Shown piece by piece: positions 14,228 through 27,999 of a stretch of DNA of 64,000 nt. Each line of letters starts with the position of its first letter. Within the stretch, counting starts at the first letter, position 1. The DNA is from Eledone cirrhosa (Eukaryota): assembly GCA_964016885.1 (NCBI GenBank), contig OZ024741.1:105462001-105526000 (forward strand), in the 5' to 3' direction. The translations under genes were made by a program, and so were the position numbers. The notes under the pieces are model-generated. The model had not been told where the DNA came from. It did no database searches and was given only the letters and a program-made list of their open reading frames with translations.

Positions 14228-15230
14228 TGCAGGAGAGGTGTAGGTAGAAACTCCATGCTCTGCCCCATATGCAAACTATGGGTACACAAGAGATGTAGTG
14301 GGATCTCAGGAAGTTTAGTTAAGAATGTAGGCTTTACATGTAGCAGTTGCACCAGGACAGTACGCAGCAAACAATCACTGAAAACAAGTGACATCAAAGT
14401 CTGGGAGGGCTTGGTAAAAACAATACCGAATTAGCAGCGGAAGGGGGTCTCCTGAAAGAACGAGATGGAAGAAGTTGAGGGAGCTGCTGCCACAACTGGA
14501 TACAAAAGGCTTTTCCCTCAGAATAAAAGGTAGACTGCATGATGTGTGCATATGAACGGCAATGTTGCATAGTGAGAGCTGGGCGCTGTGTGTAGAAGAC
14601 CTGCGTAGATTAGAAAGGAATGAAGCTTGTATGCTCCGATGGATGTGTAATAGTAATATATGCGAACAGCAAAGCATAAACAAACAGAAAGAGAAACTAT
14701 GCATACGAGGAATCAAATGTTGTGTGCAGGAGAGGAGATTATGTTGGTATGGACATGTGATTCATATGAAGGATGACAGCTACATAAAGTCCCAGAAAGA
14801 CTTGAGATGAAGTGATAAAAGCCGACCTTGCCCAATTGCACCTCTGAAAGGCAATGACACAGGACCAAGATTATGAGGTAATACAGAAACCCCAACTTCC
14901 CACGGGCCCAGGCCATGGCTGAAACATACATACAGTATGCACCACTCTATCCCACCCGCCAATATATCTTTCATGAGAACAGGCCGAAACACTGTAAAGT
15001 GGTCGTGATGGTGACACGGTAAAAAACACCCAGTCCACACTGTAAAGTAGTCGTGGAGGAATCACAACAAAAAACACCCAGTACTCACTGTAAATGAGGT
15101 TGGAGTTAGGAAGGGCATCCAGCCAGAATCAGTTCCCGTATGAGCAAGCAAGGTCAGCGGACTGGACACTGCCCACAACAGGACAACCCATGTTAGCGTA
15201 GAAGAACTGACATAAAATGATGATGATGAA
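14228..15230 (+). mobile_element. RTE LINE 3' fragment
   Basis: CRRGVGRNSMLCPICKLWVHKRC and RRLERNEACMLRWMC; same 3' UTR and tail as 12750-13195. Confidence 0.9.
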
Positions 15231-15294
15231 ATATAACAGAGTTTTATAGCTTGCTTGAAGCATTGATGAATAGGAAACACAAATTTAAATTTTG

Positions 15295-15457
15295 AAAACC
15301 AAGCTGAGGGCCTTTGAACCCCAGGCTATTGCAATAGCTGCTCCTGATTCTAGATGTGGAAGACGGGACCTTTGGTACCACACAGTGACATCCTGTTCGA
15401 GAATTGGTCCAGCTCTCAATGCGAAAGTTTGGTCTTAGTTCCCCCAGGATTTTCCAT
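15295..15457 (-). mobile_element. Inverted fragment of the LINE family at 10040-10790
   Basis: Reverse complement aligns to 10378-10540 (ggaaaatcctgg..caaaggtcccgtcttccacatctagaa). Confidence 0.85.
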
Positions 15458-16000
15458 CATCATCACCGTTTTACGTCCGTCCTTCCACGCTAGCATGGGT
15501 TAGACGGGTTGTCCTGTTGTGGGCAGTGTCTGGTCGGCTGACCAGGCCTTGCTCATACAGGAACTGATTTGGCTTGATTTCTACAGCTGGATGCCCTTCC
15601 TAACACCAACCTCATTTACAGTGAGTGCTGGGTGCTTTTTCGTGGCGCCTACACATCCACTTTACAGTGTGGGCTGGGTGCTTTTTTGCCATGGCACCTC
15701 CACGACCACTTTGCGGTGGGGGCATATTGTCTATATGCTTCAGCTTGTACCCATGGGAGGTCGGGTACTCTGTATTACTGCGTGATGCCAGAAGTCACGG
15801 TCGTGTGTCATTGTCTTTGAGAGGTGCAATTGGGTAAGGTCGGCTTTTATCACCTCATCCCAGGTCATCTTGGGTCTCCCCACTCCTACAGCTGAGTAAA
15901 CTGGAGCAATGTGAAATAAAGTGTCTTGCTCAAGGAAACAACACATCACCTGGTGTGAGAATTGAACTCACAACCTTTCGATTGCAAGGCCAATGCTCTC
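15456..16000 (-). mobile_element. Chimeric SINE: tRNA head and body fused to an RTE 3' end
   Basis: The SINE body ends at tttactcagctgtag (about 15886) and continues into gagtggggagacccaagatgacc, matching LINE 12750-13190 through the (GAT)n tail. Confidence 0.85.
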
Positions 16001-16069
16001 AATATGTATGTATGTATACACATATATATATAAACTAATATATACGCACACACACTATATATATATATT

Positions 16070-16218
16070 AGTAATAATACATATGAAGACTAAAATCCAA
16101 AGAGGGCTCGATAGGGATAAATATATATCAATTATATAAGAACCGTAGAGCAAATATTTATTAAAATAAGTTTAAGCAAAGAATCGGCTGCTTTCACCCT
16201 TAATGGGATCTTCTGAAG

Positions 16219-16266
<48 letters not shown>

Positions 16267-17062
16267 ATCTGTGAACGCAGAAGTAAATATTTCGAAAAAC
16301 TTTGCAACCGAAGGAAGACAGGAAGACGATACTTTGGTTCGTGGAGACGTAGTTTTAGGTATTTCTTCCTGCTTGGTACGGGTATGTTTTTTGTAGAAAT
16401 ATTCAGATGTTTCTGCATGATGAATATAAGTCAATAGAGTACTCAGTCAAGGAGCCAAATAGTAATAATAATAAATTTGAAGACTAACATCCAAAGAGGG
16501 CTCGATAAGGATAAATATATATCAAATATATAAGAACCGTAGAGCAAATATTTATTAAAATAACAGATTAAAGTTTAAGCAAAGAATCGGCTGCTTTCAC
16601 CCTTAATGGGATCTTCTGAAGCTAAAAAAAAAAAAAAAAAAAAAAAAATCAATCTGTGAACGCAGAAGTAAATATTTCGAAAAACTTTGCAAACGAAGGA
16701 AGACAGGAAGACGATACTTTGGTTCGTGGAGACGTAGTTTTAGGTATTTCTTCCTGCTTGGTACGGGTATGTTCTTTGTAGAAATATTCAGATGTTTCTG
16801 CATGATGAATATAAGTCAATAGAGTACTCAGTCAAGGAGCCAAATAGTAATAATAATAAATTTGAAGACTAACATCCAAAGAGGGCTCGATAAGGATAAA
16901 TATATATCAAATATATAAGAACCGTAGAGCAAATATTTATTAAAATAACAGATTAAAGTTTAAGCAAAGAATCGGCTGCTTTCACCCTTAAAGGGATCTT
17001 TTGAAGCTAAAAAAAAAAAAAAAAAAAATCAATCAATCTGTGAACGCAGAAGTAAATATTTC
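16070..17062. repeat. About 390-bp near-identical tandem repeat, about 2.5 copies, each with a poly-A tract
   Basis: gaagact..atccaaagagggctcgata recurs at about 16085, 16479 and 16864. Confidence 0.92.
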
Positions 17063-17169
17063 TAAGCCGACCTTTCCCAATTGCACCTCTCAAGGGCAAT
17101 GACACACAACCATGACCTCTGGCGTCACACAGTAATACAGAAGACCCAACTTTCCACAGGAACATATAG

Positions 17170-20100
17170 ACAATATTTGTTTTCCTTTGTTTTTTTTATG
17201 TCCTATCAACTAATCCGACCTCCAAAATGCTTGCAATTGACTATTTTTTTAGCATATTAACAACAAATATGATTTCCACTGCAAGTAAAAATGACTAGCT
17301 TTGTGAATGGTTTTTTCCACCCACTTTCTGCCTTCATTTTGCTACAAAGCTAATCATTGACGATAGGTTTCAAAGTTATATTCATTCATATGTGAAAAAA
17401 ATATTCAGCTGTGAGCATTGGTGTGATGTAAATGGTAGGAGGTGTTCTGTAATAAATTTACCATATGGTGAAGTATATGGTATAGATTGGGGGTAGATTA
17501 ATGTGCTGTGGTGTGCTTTCTTATAAGTGAGGATTTAAATTTCCACTTTGATTTATGTTACAAAAAAAATTTTTCCTTCATTTTTGCATGTGCTATCAAC
17601 TTCCAAGAAGCTCGGAGTGGACTGTGCTTTTAGCATATTAACAAAAAATGGCTAGCTTTGTAAATGGTATTTCCACCCACATCCTCCCTCTTTTTTCTAC
17701 AAAGCTAATCATTTTCATCAGGTTTCAATGTCATAACCATTGATAATATGTGCATAAAATAGTAATTTGCAAGCACCTTTTATGTCAAATTGTAAGCACA
17801 AAAAAAAAAAAAAAAAAAAAAAATGCCACATGAAAATTTGTCACACCAAAATCAATAGCTTGGTGTGATGTAGTATGGTGTGGTTTGGTGAAGTTTCTAC
17901 AAAGATAGTCATTTGACAGGTTTCCATGTCATAATTATTGATAAGTGGGAAAAAAATAGTCAATTCGGAGCACCTTTAATGTCAGATTGATGTTAGTTTG
18001 AGGTGGTAACACAAAAAAAAAATAAAAAGCAGGTAGCAAATTTGTCACATTGACGTCCATACAAATGGTGTGATGTAAATGATAGGTGTTTTGTAATAAA
18101 TCTACCATATAGTGAAGTATGGTTATGGTGAATTTATGGTGTGGATTGGGGTAAATTAATGTGCTGTGGTGTGCTTTGTTATAAGTTAGGAATTAAATTT
18201 CCACTTTGATTTATGTAAGAAAAAATGTTTTCCTTCACTTTTGCATGTGCTAACAACTAATACAACTTCCAAGATGCTCACAGTGGACTATGCTTTTAGC
18301 ATATTAACAAAAAATATGACTTCCGCTGCAATAAAAAATGACTAGCTTTGTAAATGGTATTTCCACCCACATCCTCCCTCTTTTTTCTACAAAGCTAGTC
18401 ATTTTCAGCAGTTTTCCATGTCATAATTATTGATAATATGTGCGAAAAATAGTCAATTGCAGCACCTTTGATATCAGATTGGGTGGTAAGAACACAAAAA
18501 AAAAAAAAAGAAACATGAAGAAAATTTTTCACACTTAGATCAAAAGCATGGTGTGATGTAGAATGGTGTAGTTTGTTATGGTGTGGTTTGGATTGTTGTA
18601 GTTATGACATGGGAACCTATTGCAAATGATAGAATTCCATGTTATATACATTGATAATGTGTAAAAAAATAGTCATTTGTGAGCACCTTTGATGTCAGAT
18701 TGGGTGGTAAGCACACACACACATACAGAAAAGAAAAAAAACAGGAAGAAAAATGTTCTCACTGAGATTAATAGCATGGTGTGATGTAGTATGGTGTAAC
18801 TTGGTATGGTGTGGTTTGGTTTGGTTTGGTGACGTTATGAAATGGAAGCCAATTGTAAACAATAGATTCCCATGTCATATTCATTGATAATGTGTGGGAA
18901 AATAGTCATTTGCAAGCACCTTTGATGTTAGTTTGAGGTGGTAACACAAAAAAAAAATAAAAAGCAGGTAGCAAATTTGTCACATTGACGTCCATACAAA
19001 TGGTGTGATGTAAATGATAGGTGTTTTGTAATAAATCTACCATATAGTGAAGTATGGTTATGGTGAATTTATGGTGTGGATTGGGGTAAATTAATGTGCT
19101 GTGGTGTGCTTTGTTATAAGTTAGGAATTAAATTTCCACTTTGATTTATGTAAGAAAAAATGTTTTCCTTCACTTTTGCATGTGCTAACAACTAATACAA
19201 CTTCCAAGATGCTCACAGTGGACTATGCTTTTAGCATATTAACAAAAAATATGACTTCCGCTGCAATAAAAAATGACTAGCTTTGTAAATGGTATTTCCA
19301 CCCACATCCTCCCTCTTTTTTCTACAAAGCTAGTCATTTTCAACAGTTTTCCATGTCATAATTATTGATAATATGTGCGAAAAATAGTCAATTGCAGCAC
19401 CTTTGATATCAGATTGGGTGGTAAGAACACAAAAAAAAAAAAAAAAGAAACATGAAGAAAATTTTTCACACTTAGATCAAAAGCATGGTGTGATGTAGAA
19501 TGGTGTAGTTTGTTATGGTGTGGTTTGGATTGTTGTAGTTATGACATGGGAACCTATTGCAAATGATAGAATTCCATGTTATATACATTGATAATGTGTA
19601 AAAAAATAGTCATTTGTGAGCACCTTTGATGTCAGATTGGGTGGTAAGCACACACACACATACAGAAAAGAAAAAAAACAGGAAGAAAAATGTTCTCACT
19701 GAGATTAATAGCATGGTGTGATGTAGTATGGTGTAACTTGGTATGGTGTGGTTTGGTTTGGTTTGGTGACGTTATGAAATGGAAGCCAATTGTAAACAAT
19801 AGATTCCCATGTCATATTCATTGATAATGTGTGGGAAAATAGTCATTTGCAAGCACCTTTGATGTTAGTTTGAGGTGGTAACACAAAAAAAAAATAAAAA
19901 GCAGGTAGCAAATTTGTCACATTGACGTCCATACAAATGGTGTGATGTAAATGATAGGTGTTTTGTAATAAATCTACCATATAGTGAAGTATGGTTATGG
20001 TGAATTTATGGTGTGGATTGGGGTAAATTAATGTGCTGTGGTGTGCTTTGTTATAAGTTAGGAATTAAATTTCCACTTTGATTTATGTAAGAAAAAATGT

Positions 20101-21289
20101 TTTCCTTCACTTTTGCATGTGCTAACAACTAATACAACTTCCAAGATGCTCACAGTGGACTATGCTTTTAGCATATTAACAAAAAATATGACTTCCGCTG
20201 CAATAAAAAATGACTAGCTTTGTAAATGGTATTTCCACCCACATCCTCCCTCTTTTTTCTACAAAGCTAGTCATTTTCAACAGTTTTCCATGTCATAATT
20301 ATTGATAATATGTGCGAAAAATAGTCAATTGCAGCACCTTTGATATCAGATTGGGTGGTAAGAACACAAAAAAAAAAAAAAAGAAACATGAAGAAAATTT
20401 TTCACACTTAGATCAAAAGCATGGTGTGATGTAGAATGGTGTAGTTTGTTATGGTGTGGTTTGGATTGTTGTAGTTATGACATGGGAACCTATTGCAAAT
20501 GATAGAATTCCATGTTATATACATTGATAATGTGTAAAAAAATAGTCATTTGTGAGCACCTTTGATGTCAGATTGGGTGGTAAGCACACACACACATACA
20601 GAAAAGAAAAAAAACAGGAAGAAAAATGTTCTCACTGAGATTAATAGCATGGTGTGATGTAGTATGGTGTAACTTGGTATGGTGTGGTTTGGTTTGGTTT
20701 GGTGACGTTATGAAATGGAAGCCAATTGTAAACAATAGATTCCCATGTCATATTCATTGATAATGTGTGGGAAAATAGTCATTTGCAAGCACCTTTGATG
20801 TTAGTTTGAGGTGGTAACACAAAAAAAAAAATAAAAAGCAAGTAGCAAATTTGTCACATTGATGTCCATACCATGGTGTGATGTAAATGGTAGGAGCAGG
20901 TGTTTTGTAATAAATTTACCATATAGTGAAGTATGGTGATGGCGTGGATTGGGGTAGAATAATGAGCTGTGGTGTGCTTTGTTATAAGTGAGGATTTAAA
21001 TTTCCACTTTGATTTATGTTAGAAAAGAAATTTTTCCTTCATTTTTGCATGTGCTATCAACTTCCAAGATGCTCGCAGTGGACTATGCTTTTAGCATATT
21101 AAGAAAAAATATGACTTCCGCTGCAATAAAAAATGGCTAGCTTTGTAAATGGTATTTCCACCCACATCCTTCCTCTTTTTTCTACAAAGCTAGTCATTTT
21201 CATCAGGTTTCCATGTCATAACCATTGATAATATGTGCATAAAATAGTAATTTGCGAGCACCATTTATGTCAAATTGGATTGTAAGCAG

Positions 21290-21325
<36 letters not shown>

Positions 21326-24057
21326 CTAAATGAAAATTTGTCACACCAAAATCAATAGCTTGGTGTGATGTAGTATGGTGTGGTTTGGTGAAGTTTCTAC
21401 AAAGATAGTCATTTTCGACAGGTTTCCATGTCATAATTATTGATAAGTGGAAAAAAAATAGTCAATTGGGAGCACCTTTAATGTCACATTGGGTGGTAAG
21501 CACACACACACAAAAAAAAGAAGGAAACAGGAAGAAAATGTTTCACACCAAGATCAATAGCTTCGTGTGATGTAGTATGGTGTAACTTGGTCTGGTGTGG
21601 TTTGGTGAAGTTATGAAATGGAAACCAATTGTAAACGATAGATTCCCATGTCATATTCATTGATAATGTGGGAAAATAGTCATTTGCAAGCACCTTTGAT
21701 GTTAGTTTGGGTGGTAACCACAAAAAAAAAAAGCAGGTAGCAAATTTGTCACATTGATGTCCATACCATGGTGTGATGTAAATGATAGGTGTTTTGTAAT
21801 AAATCTACCATATAGTGAAGTATGGTTATGGTGAATTTATGGTGTGGATTGGGGTAAATTAATGTGCTGTGGTGTGCTTTGTTATAAGTTAGGAATTAAA
21901 TTTCCACTTTGATTTATGTAAGAAAAAATGTTTTCCTTCACTTTTGCATGTGCTAACAACTAATACAACTTCCAAGATGCTCACAGTGGACTATGCTTTT
22001 AGCATATTAACAAAAAATATGACTTCCGCTGCAATAAAAAATGACTAGCTTTGTAAATGGTATTTCCACCCACATCCTCCCTCTTTTTTCTACAAAGCTA
22101 GTCATTTTCAACAGTTTTCCATGTCATAATTATTGATAATATGTGCGAAAAATAGTCAATTGCAGCACCTTTGATATCAGATTGGGTGGTAAGAACACAA
22201 AAAAAAAAAAAAAAGAAACATGAAGAAAATTTTTCACACTTAGATCAAAAGCATGGTGTGATGTAGAATGGTGTAGTTTGTTATGGTGTGGTTTGGATTG
22301 TTGTAGTTATGACATGGGAACCTATTGCAAATGATAGAATTCCATGTTATATACATTGATAATGTGTAAAAAAATAGTCATTTGTGAGCACCTTTGATGT
22401 CAGATTGGGTGGTAAGCACACACACACATACAGAAAAGAAAAAAAACAGGAAGAAAAATGTTCTCACTGAGATTAATAGCATGGTGTGATGTAGTATGGT
22501 GTAACTTGGTATGGTGTGGTTTGGTTTGGTTTGGTGACGTTATGAAATGGAAGCCAATTGTAAACAATAGATTCCCATGTCATATTCATTGATAATGTGT
22601 GGGAAAATAGTCATTTGCAAGCACCTTTGATGTTAGTTTGAGGTGGTAACACAAAAAAAAAATAAAAAGCAGGTAGCAAATTTGTCACATTGACGTCCAT
22701 ACAAATGGTGTGATGTAAATGATAGGTGTTTTGTAATAAATCTACCATATAGTGAAGTATGGTTATGGTGAATTTATGGTGTGGATTGGGGTAAATTAAT
22801 GTGCTGTGGTGTGCTTTGTTATAAGTTAGGAATTAAATTTCCACTTTGATTTATGTAAGAAAAAATGTTTTCCTTCACTTTTGCATGTGCTAACAACTAA
22901 TACAACTTCCAAGATGCTCACAGTGGACTATGCTTTTAGCATATTAACAAAAAATATGACTTCCGCTGCAATAAAAAATGACTAGCTTTGTAAATGGTAT
23001 TTCCACCCACATCCTCCCTCTTTTTTCTACAAAGCTAGTCATTTTCAACAGTTTTCCATGTCATAATTATTGATAATATGTGCGAAAAATAGTCAATTGC
23101 AGCACCTTTGATATCAGATTGGGTGGTAAGAACACAAAAAAAAAAAAAAAGAAACATGAAGAAAATTTTTCACACTTAGATCAAAAGCATGGTGTGATGT
23201 AGAATGGTGTAGTTTGTTATGGTGTGGTTTGGATTGTTGTAGTTATGACATGGGAACCTATTGCAAATGATAGAATTCCATGTTATATACATTGATAATG
23301 TGTAAAAAAATAGTCATTTGTGAGCACCTTTGATGTCAGATTGGGTGGTAAGCACACACACACATACAGAAAAGAAAAAAAACAGGAAGAAAAATGTTCT
23401 CACTGAGATTAATAGCATGGTGTGATGTAGTATGGTGTAACTTGGTATGGTGTGGTTTGGTTTGGTTTGGTGACGTTATGAAATGGAAGCCAATTGTAAA
23501 CAATAGATTCCCATGTCATATTCATTGATAATGTGTGGGAAAATAGTCATTTGCAAGCACCTTTGATGTTAGTTTGAGGTGGTAACACAAAAAAAAAAAT
23601 AAAAAGCAAGTAGCAAATTTGTCACATTGATGTCCATACCATGGTGTGATGTAAATGGTAGGAGCAGGTGTTTTGTAATAAATTTACCATATAGTGAAGT
23701 ATGGTGATGGCGTGGATTGGGGTAGAATAATGAGCTGTGGTGTGCTTTGTTATAAGTGAGGATTTAAATTTCCACTTTGATTTATGTTAGAAAAGAAATT
23801 TTTCCTTCATTTTTGCATGTGCTATCAACTTCCAAGATGCTCGCAGTGGACTATGCTTTTAGCATATTAAGAAAAAATATGACTTCCGCTGCAATAAAAA
23901 ATGGCTAGCTTTGTAAATGGTATTTCCACCCACATCCTTCCTCTTTTTTCTACAAAGCTAGTCATTTTCATCAGGTTTCCATGTCATAACCATTGATAAT
24001 ATGTGCATAAAATAGTAATTTGCGAGCACCATTTATGTCAAATTGGATTGTAAGCAG

Positions 24058-24099
<42 letters not shown>

Positions 24100-25890
24100 C
24101 TAAATGAAAATTTGTCACACCAAAATCAATAGCTTGGTGTGATGTAGTATGGTGTGGTTTGGTGAAGTTTCTACAAAGATAGTCATTTTCGACAGGTTTC
24201 CATGTCATAATTATTGATAAGTGGAAAAAAAATAGTCAATTGGGAGCACCTTTAATGTCACATTGGGTGGTAAGCACACACACACAAAAAAAAGAAGGAA
24301 ACAGGAAGAAAATGTTTCACACCAAGATCAATAGCTTCGTGTGATGTAGTATGGTGTAACTTGGTCTGGTGTGGTTTGGTGAAGTTATGAAATGGAAACC
24401 AATTGTAAACGATAGATTCCCATGTCATATTCATTGATAATGTGGGAAAATAGTCATTTGCAAGCACCTTTGATGTTAGTTTGGGTGGTAACCACAAAAA
24501 AAAAAAAGCAGGTAGCAAATTTGTCACATTGATGTCCATACCATGGTGTGATGTAAATGATAGGTGTTTTGTAATAAATCTACCATATAGTGAAGTATGG
24601 TTATGGTGAATTTATGGTGTGGATTGGGGTAAATTAATGTGCTGTGGTGTGCTTTGTTATAAGTTAGGAATTAAATTTCCACTTTGATTTATGTAAGAAA
24701 AAATGTTTTCCTTCACTTTTGCATGTGCTAACAACTAATACAACTTCCAAGATGCTCACAGTGGACTATGCTTTTAGCATATTAACAAAAAATATGACTT
24801 CCGCTGCAATAAAAAATGACTAGCTTTGTAAATGGTATTTCCACCCACATCCTCCCTCTTTTTTCTACAAAGCTAGTTATTTTCAACAGTTTTCCATGTC
24901 ATAATTATTGATAATATGTGCGAAAAATAGTCAATTGCAGCACCTTTGATATCAGATTGGGTGGTAAGAACACAAAAAAAAAAAAAAGAATCATGAAGAA
25001 AATTTTTCACACTTAGATCAAAAGCATGGTGTGATGTAGAATGGTGTAGTTTGTTATGGTGTGGTTTGGATTGTTGTAGTTATGACATGGGAACCTATTG
25101 CAAATGATAGAATTCCATGTTATATACATTGATAATGTGTAAAAAAATAGTCATTTGTGAGCACCTTTGATATCAGATTGGGTGGTAAGCACACACACAC
25201 AGAAAAGAAAAAAAACAGGAAGAAAAATGTTCTCACTGAGATTAATAGCATGGTGTGATGTAGTATGGTGTAACTTGGTATGGTGTGGTTTGGTTTGGTT
25301 TGGTGACGTTATGAAATGGAAGCCAATTGTAAACAATAGATTCCCATGTCATATTCATTGATAATGTTTGGGAAAATAGTCATTTGCAAGCACCTTTGAT
25401 GTTAGTTTGAGGTGGTAACACAAAAAAAAAATAAAAAGCAGGTAGCAAATTTGTCACATTGATGTCCATACCATGGTGTGATGTAAATGGTAGGAGCAGG
25501 TGTTTTGTAATAAATTTACCATATAGTGAAGTATGGTGATGGTGTGGATTGGGGTAGAATAATGAGCTGTGGTGTGCTTTGTTATAAGTGAGGATTTAAA
25601 TTTCCACTTTGATTTATGTTAGAAAAGAAATTTTTCCTTCATTTTTGCATGTGCTATCAACTTCCAAGATGCTCGCAGTGGACTATGCTTTTAGCATATT
25701 AAGAAAAAATATGACTTCCGCTGCAATAAAAAATGGCTAGCTTTGTAAATGGTATTTCCACCCACATCCTTCCTCTTTTTTCTACAAAGCTAGTCATTTT
25801 CATCAGGTTTCCATGTCATAACCATTGATAATATGTGCATAAAATAGTAATTTGCGAGCACCATTTATGTCAAATTGGATTGTAAGCAGG

Positions 25891-25922
<32 letters not shown>

Positions 25923-27900
25923 CTAAATGAAAATTTGTCACACCAAAATCAATAGCTTGGTGTGATGTAGTATGGTGTGGTTTGGTGAAGTTTCTACAAA
26001 GATAGTCATTTTCGACAGGTTTCCATGTCATAATTATTGATAAGTGGAAAAAAAATAGTCAATTGGGAGCACCTTTAATGTCACATTGGGTGGTAAGCAC
26101 ACACACACAAAGAAAAGAAGGAAACAGGAAGAAAATGTTTCACACCAAGATCAATAGCTTCGTGTGATGTAGTATGGTGTAACTTGGTCTGGTGTGGTTT
26201 GGTGAAGTTATGAAATGGAAACCAATTGTAAACGATAGATTCCCATGTCATATTCATTGATAATGTGGGAAAATAGTCATTTGCAAGCACCTTTGATGTT
26301 AGTTTGGGTGGTAACCACAAAAAAAAAGCAGGTAGCAAATTTGTCACATTGACGTCCATACCATGGTGTGATGTAAATGATAGGTGTTTTGTAATAAATC
26401 TACCATATAGTGAAGTATGGTTATGGTGAATTTATGGTGTGGATTGGGGTAAATTAATGTGCTGTGGTGTGCTTTGTTATAAGTTAGGAATTAAATTTCC
26501 ACTTTGATTTATGTAAGAAAAAATGTTTTCCTTCACTTTTGCATGTGCTAACAACTAATACAACTTCCAAGATGCTCACAGTGGACTATGCTTTTAGCAT
26601 ATTAACAAAAAATATGACTTCCGCTGCAATAAAAAATGACTAGCTTTGTAAATGGTATTTCCACCCACATCCTCCCTCTTTTTTCTACAAAGCTAGTCAT
26701 TTTCAACAGTTTTCCATGTCATAATTATTGATAATATGTGCGAAAAATAGTCAATTGCAGCACCTTTGATATCAGATTGGGTGGTAAGAACACAAAAAAA
26801 AAAAAAAAGAAACATGAAGAAAATTTTTCACACTTAGATCAAAAGCATGGTGTGATGTAGAATGGTGTAGTTTGTTATGGTGTGGTTTGGATTGTTGTAG
26901 TTATGACATGGGAACCTATTGCAAATGATAGAATTCCATGTTATATACATTGATAATGTGTAAAAAAATAGTCATTTGTGAGCACCTTTGATGTCAGATT
27001 GGGTGGTAAGCACACACACACATACAGAAAAGAAAAAAAACAGGAAGAAAAATGTTCTCACTGAGATTAATAGCATGGTGTGATGTAGTATGGTGTAGTT
27101 TGGTATGGTGTAGTTTAATGTAGTTTAATGTGGTATGGTTTTCCAACCTCCAACATGCTTACAGCTGACTATGCTTTTACCATCATCATCATTTTACGTC
27201 CACTTTTCCCTGCTTGCAAGGGTGGGACGGGAACTGATTCTGGCTTGATTTCTACAGCTGGATGCCCTTCCTAACACCAACCTCATTTACAGTGAGTGCT
27301 GGGTGGTTTTTGCTGTGGCACCTACACGACCACTTTGCAGTGGAATGATAAGGACCCCTACAGCTGAGTAAACTGGAGCAATGTGAAATAAAGTCTTGCT
27401 CAAGGAAACAACACACCACCTGGTCTGAGAATTGAACTCACAACCTTTCGATTGCAAGGCCACTGCTCTAACCACTAAGCCATGTGCCTCCATTACCATA
27501 TTAACAACAAATATGACTTTCACTGCAATCAAAAATGACAAGCTTTGTGAATGGTATTTCCACCCACTTTCCACCCTCATTTTTCTACAAAGCTAGTGAT
27601 TTTCAACAGGTTTCAAAGTCTTCATTGATAATATGTGCAAAAAATAGTTAATTGCGAACACTTTTAATGTCAGATTGGGTGGTAAGCACACACACAAAAA
27701 AAGACAAAAAAAGCAGGAAGAAAATTTTTCACACTGAGTTCAATAGCATGGTGTGATGTATGGTGTAGTTTGTTATGGTGTGGTTTGGTATGGTTTGGTT
27801 TGGTTTGGTATGGTTTAGTTTGGTGTAGTTATAACATGGAAACCTATCATAAATTTACCAAGGTATGGTATAATCTGGTTTGGTGTAGTGTAGGTTAGTG
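17170..27900. repeat. Complex satellite: about 900-940-bp A and B monomers built from shorter related subrepeats
   Basis: The anchor gatgttagtttg(a/g)g(g)tggtaac recurs at about 17990, 18923, 19861, 20797, 21698, 22629, 23565, 24472, 25398 and 26295. B units are marked by taggagcagg (20891, 23659, 25491). Confidence 0.95.
27184..27492 (-). mobile_element. Full-length tRNA-derived SINE with an RTE-type tail, inserted in the satellite
   Basis: Head tggaggcacatggcttagtggttagagc..gagttcaattctc and (GAT)n tail. TSD TTACCAT at 27177-27183 and 27493-27499. Confidence 0.9.
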
Positions 27901-27999
27901 TGGTGTGGTGTGTTATTGTGTTGCATCGTATAGCGTGATTCTCTTTAAATTAAAATCATTAAAATGTCATGCCTATCTTCTATATCTTAAAGAGTGACC

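Noticed and set aside
16070-27900. CRISPR-like array
   Set aside because: The repeats are contiguous long monomers without unique spacers; the context is eukaryotic and there are no cas genes.
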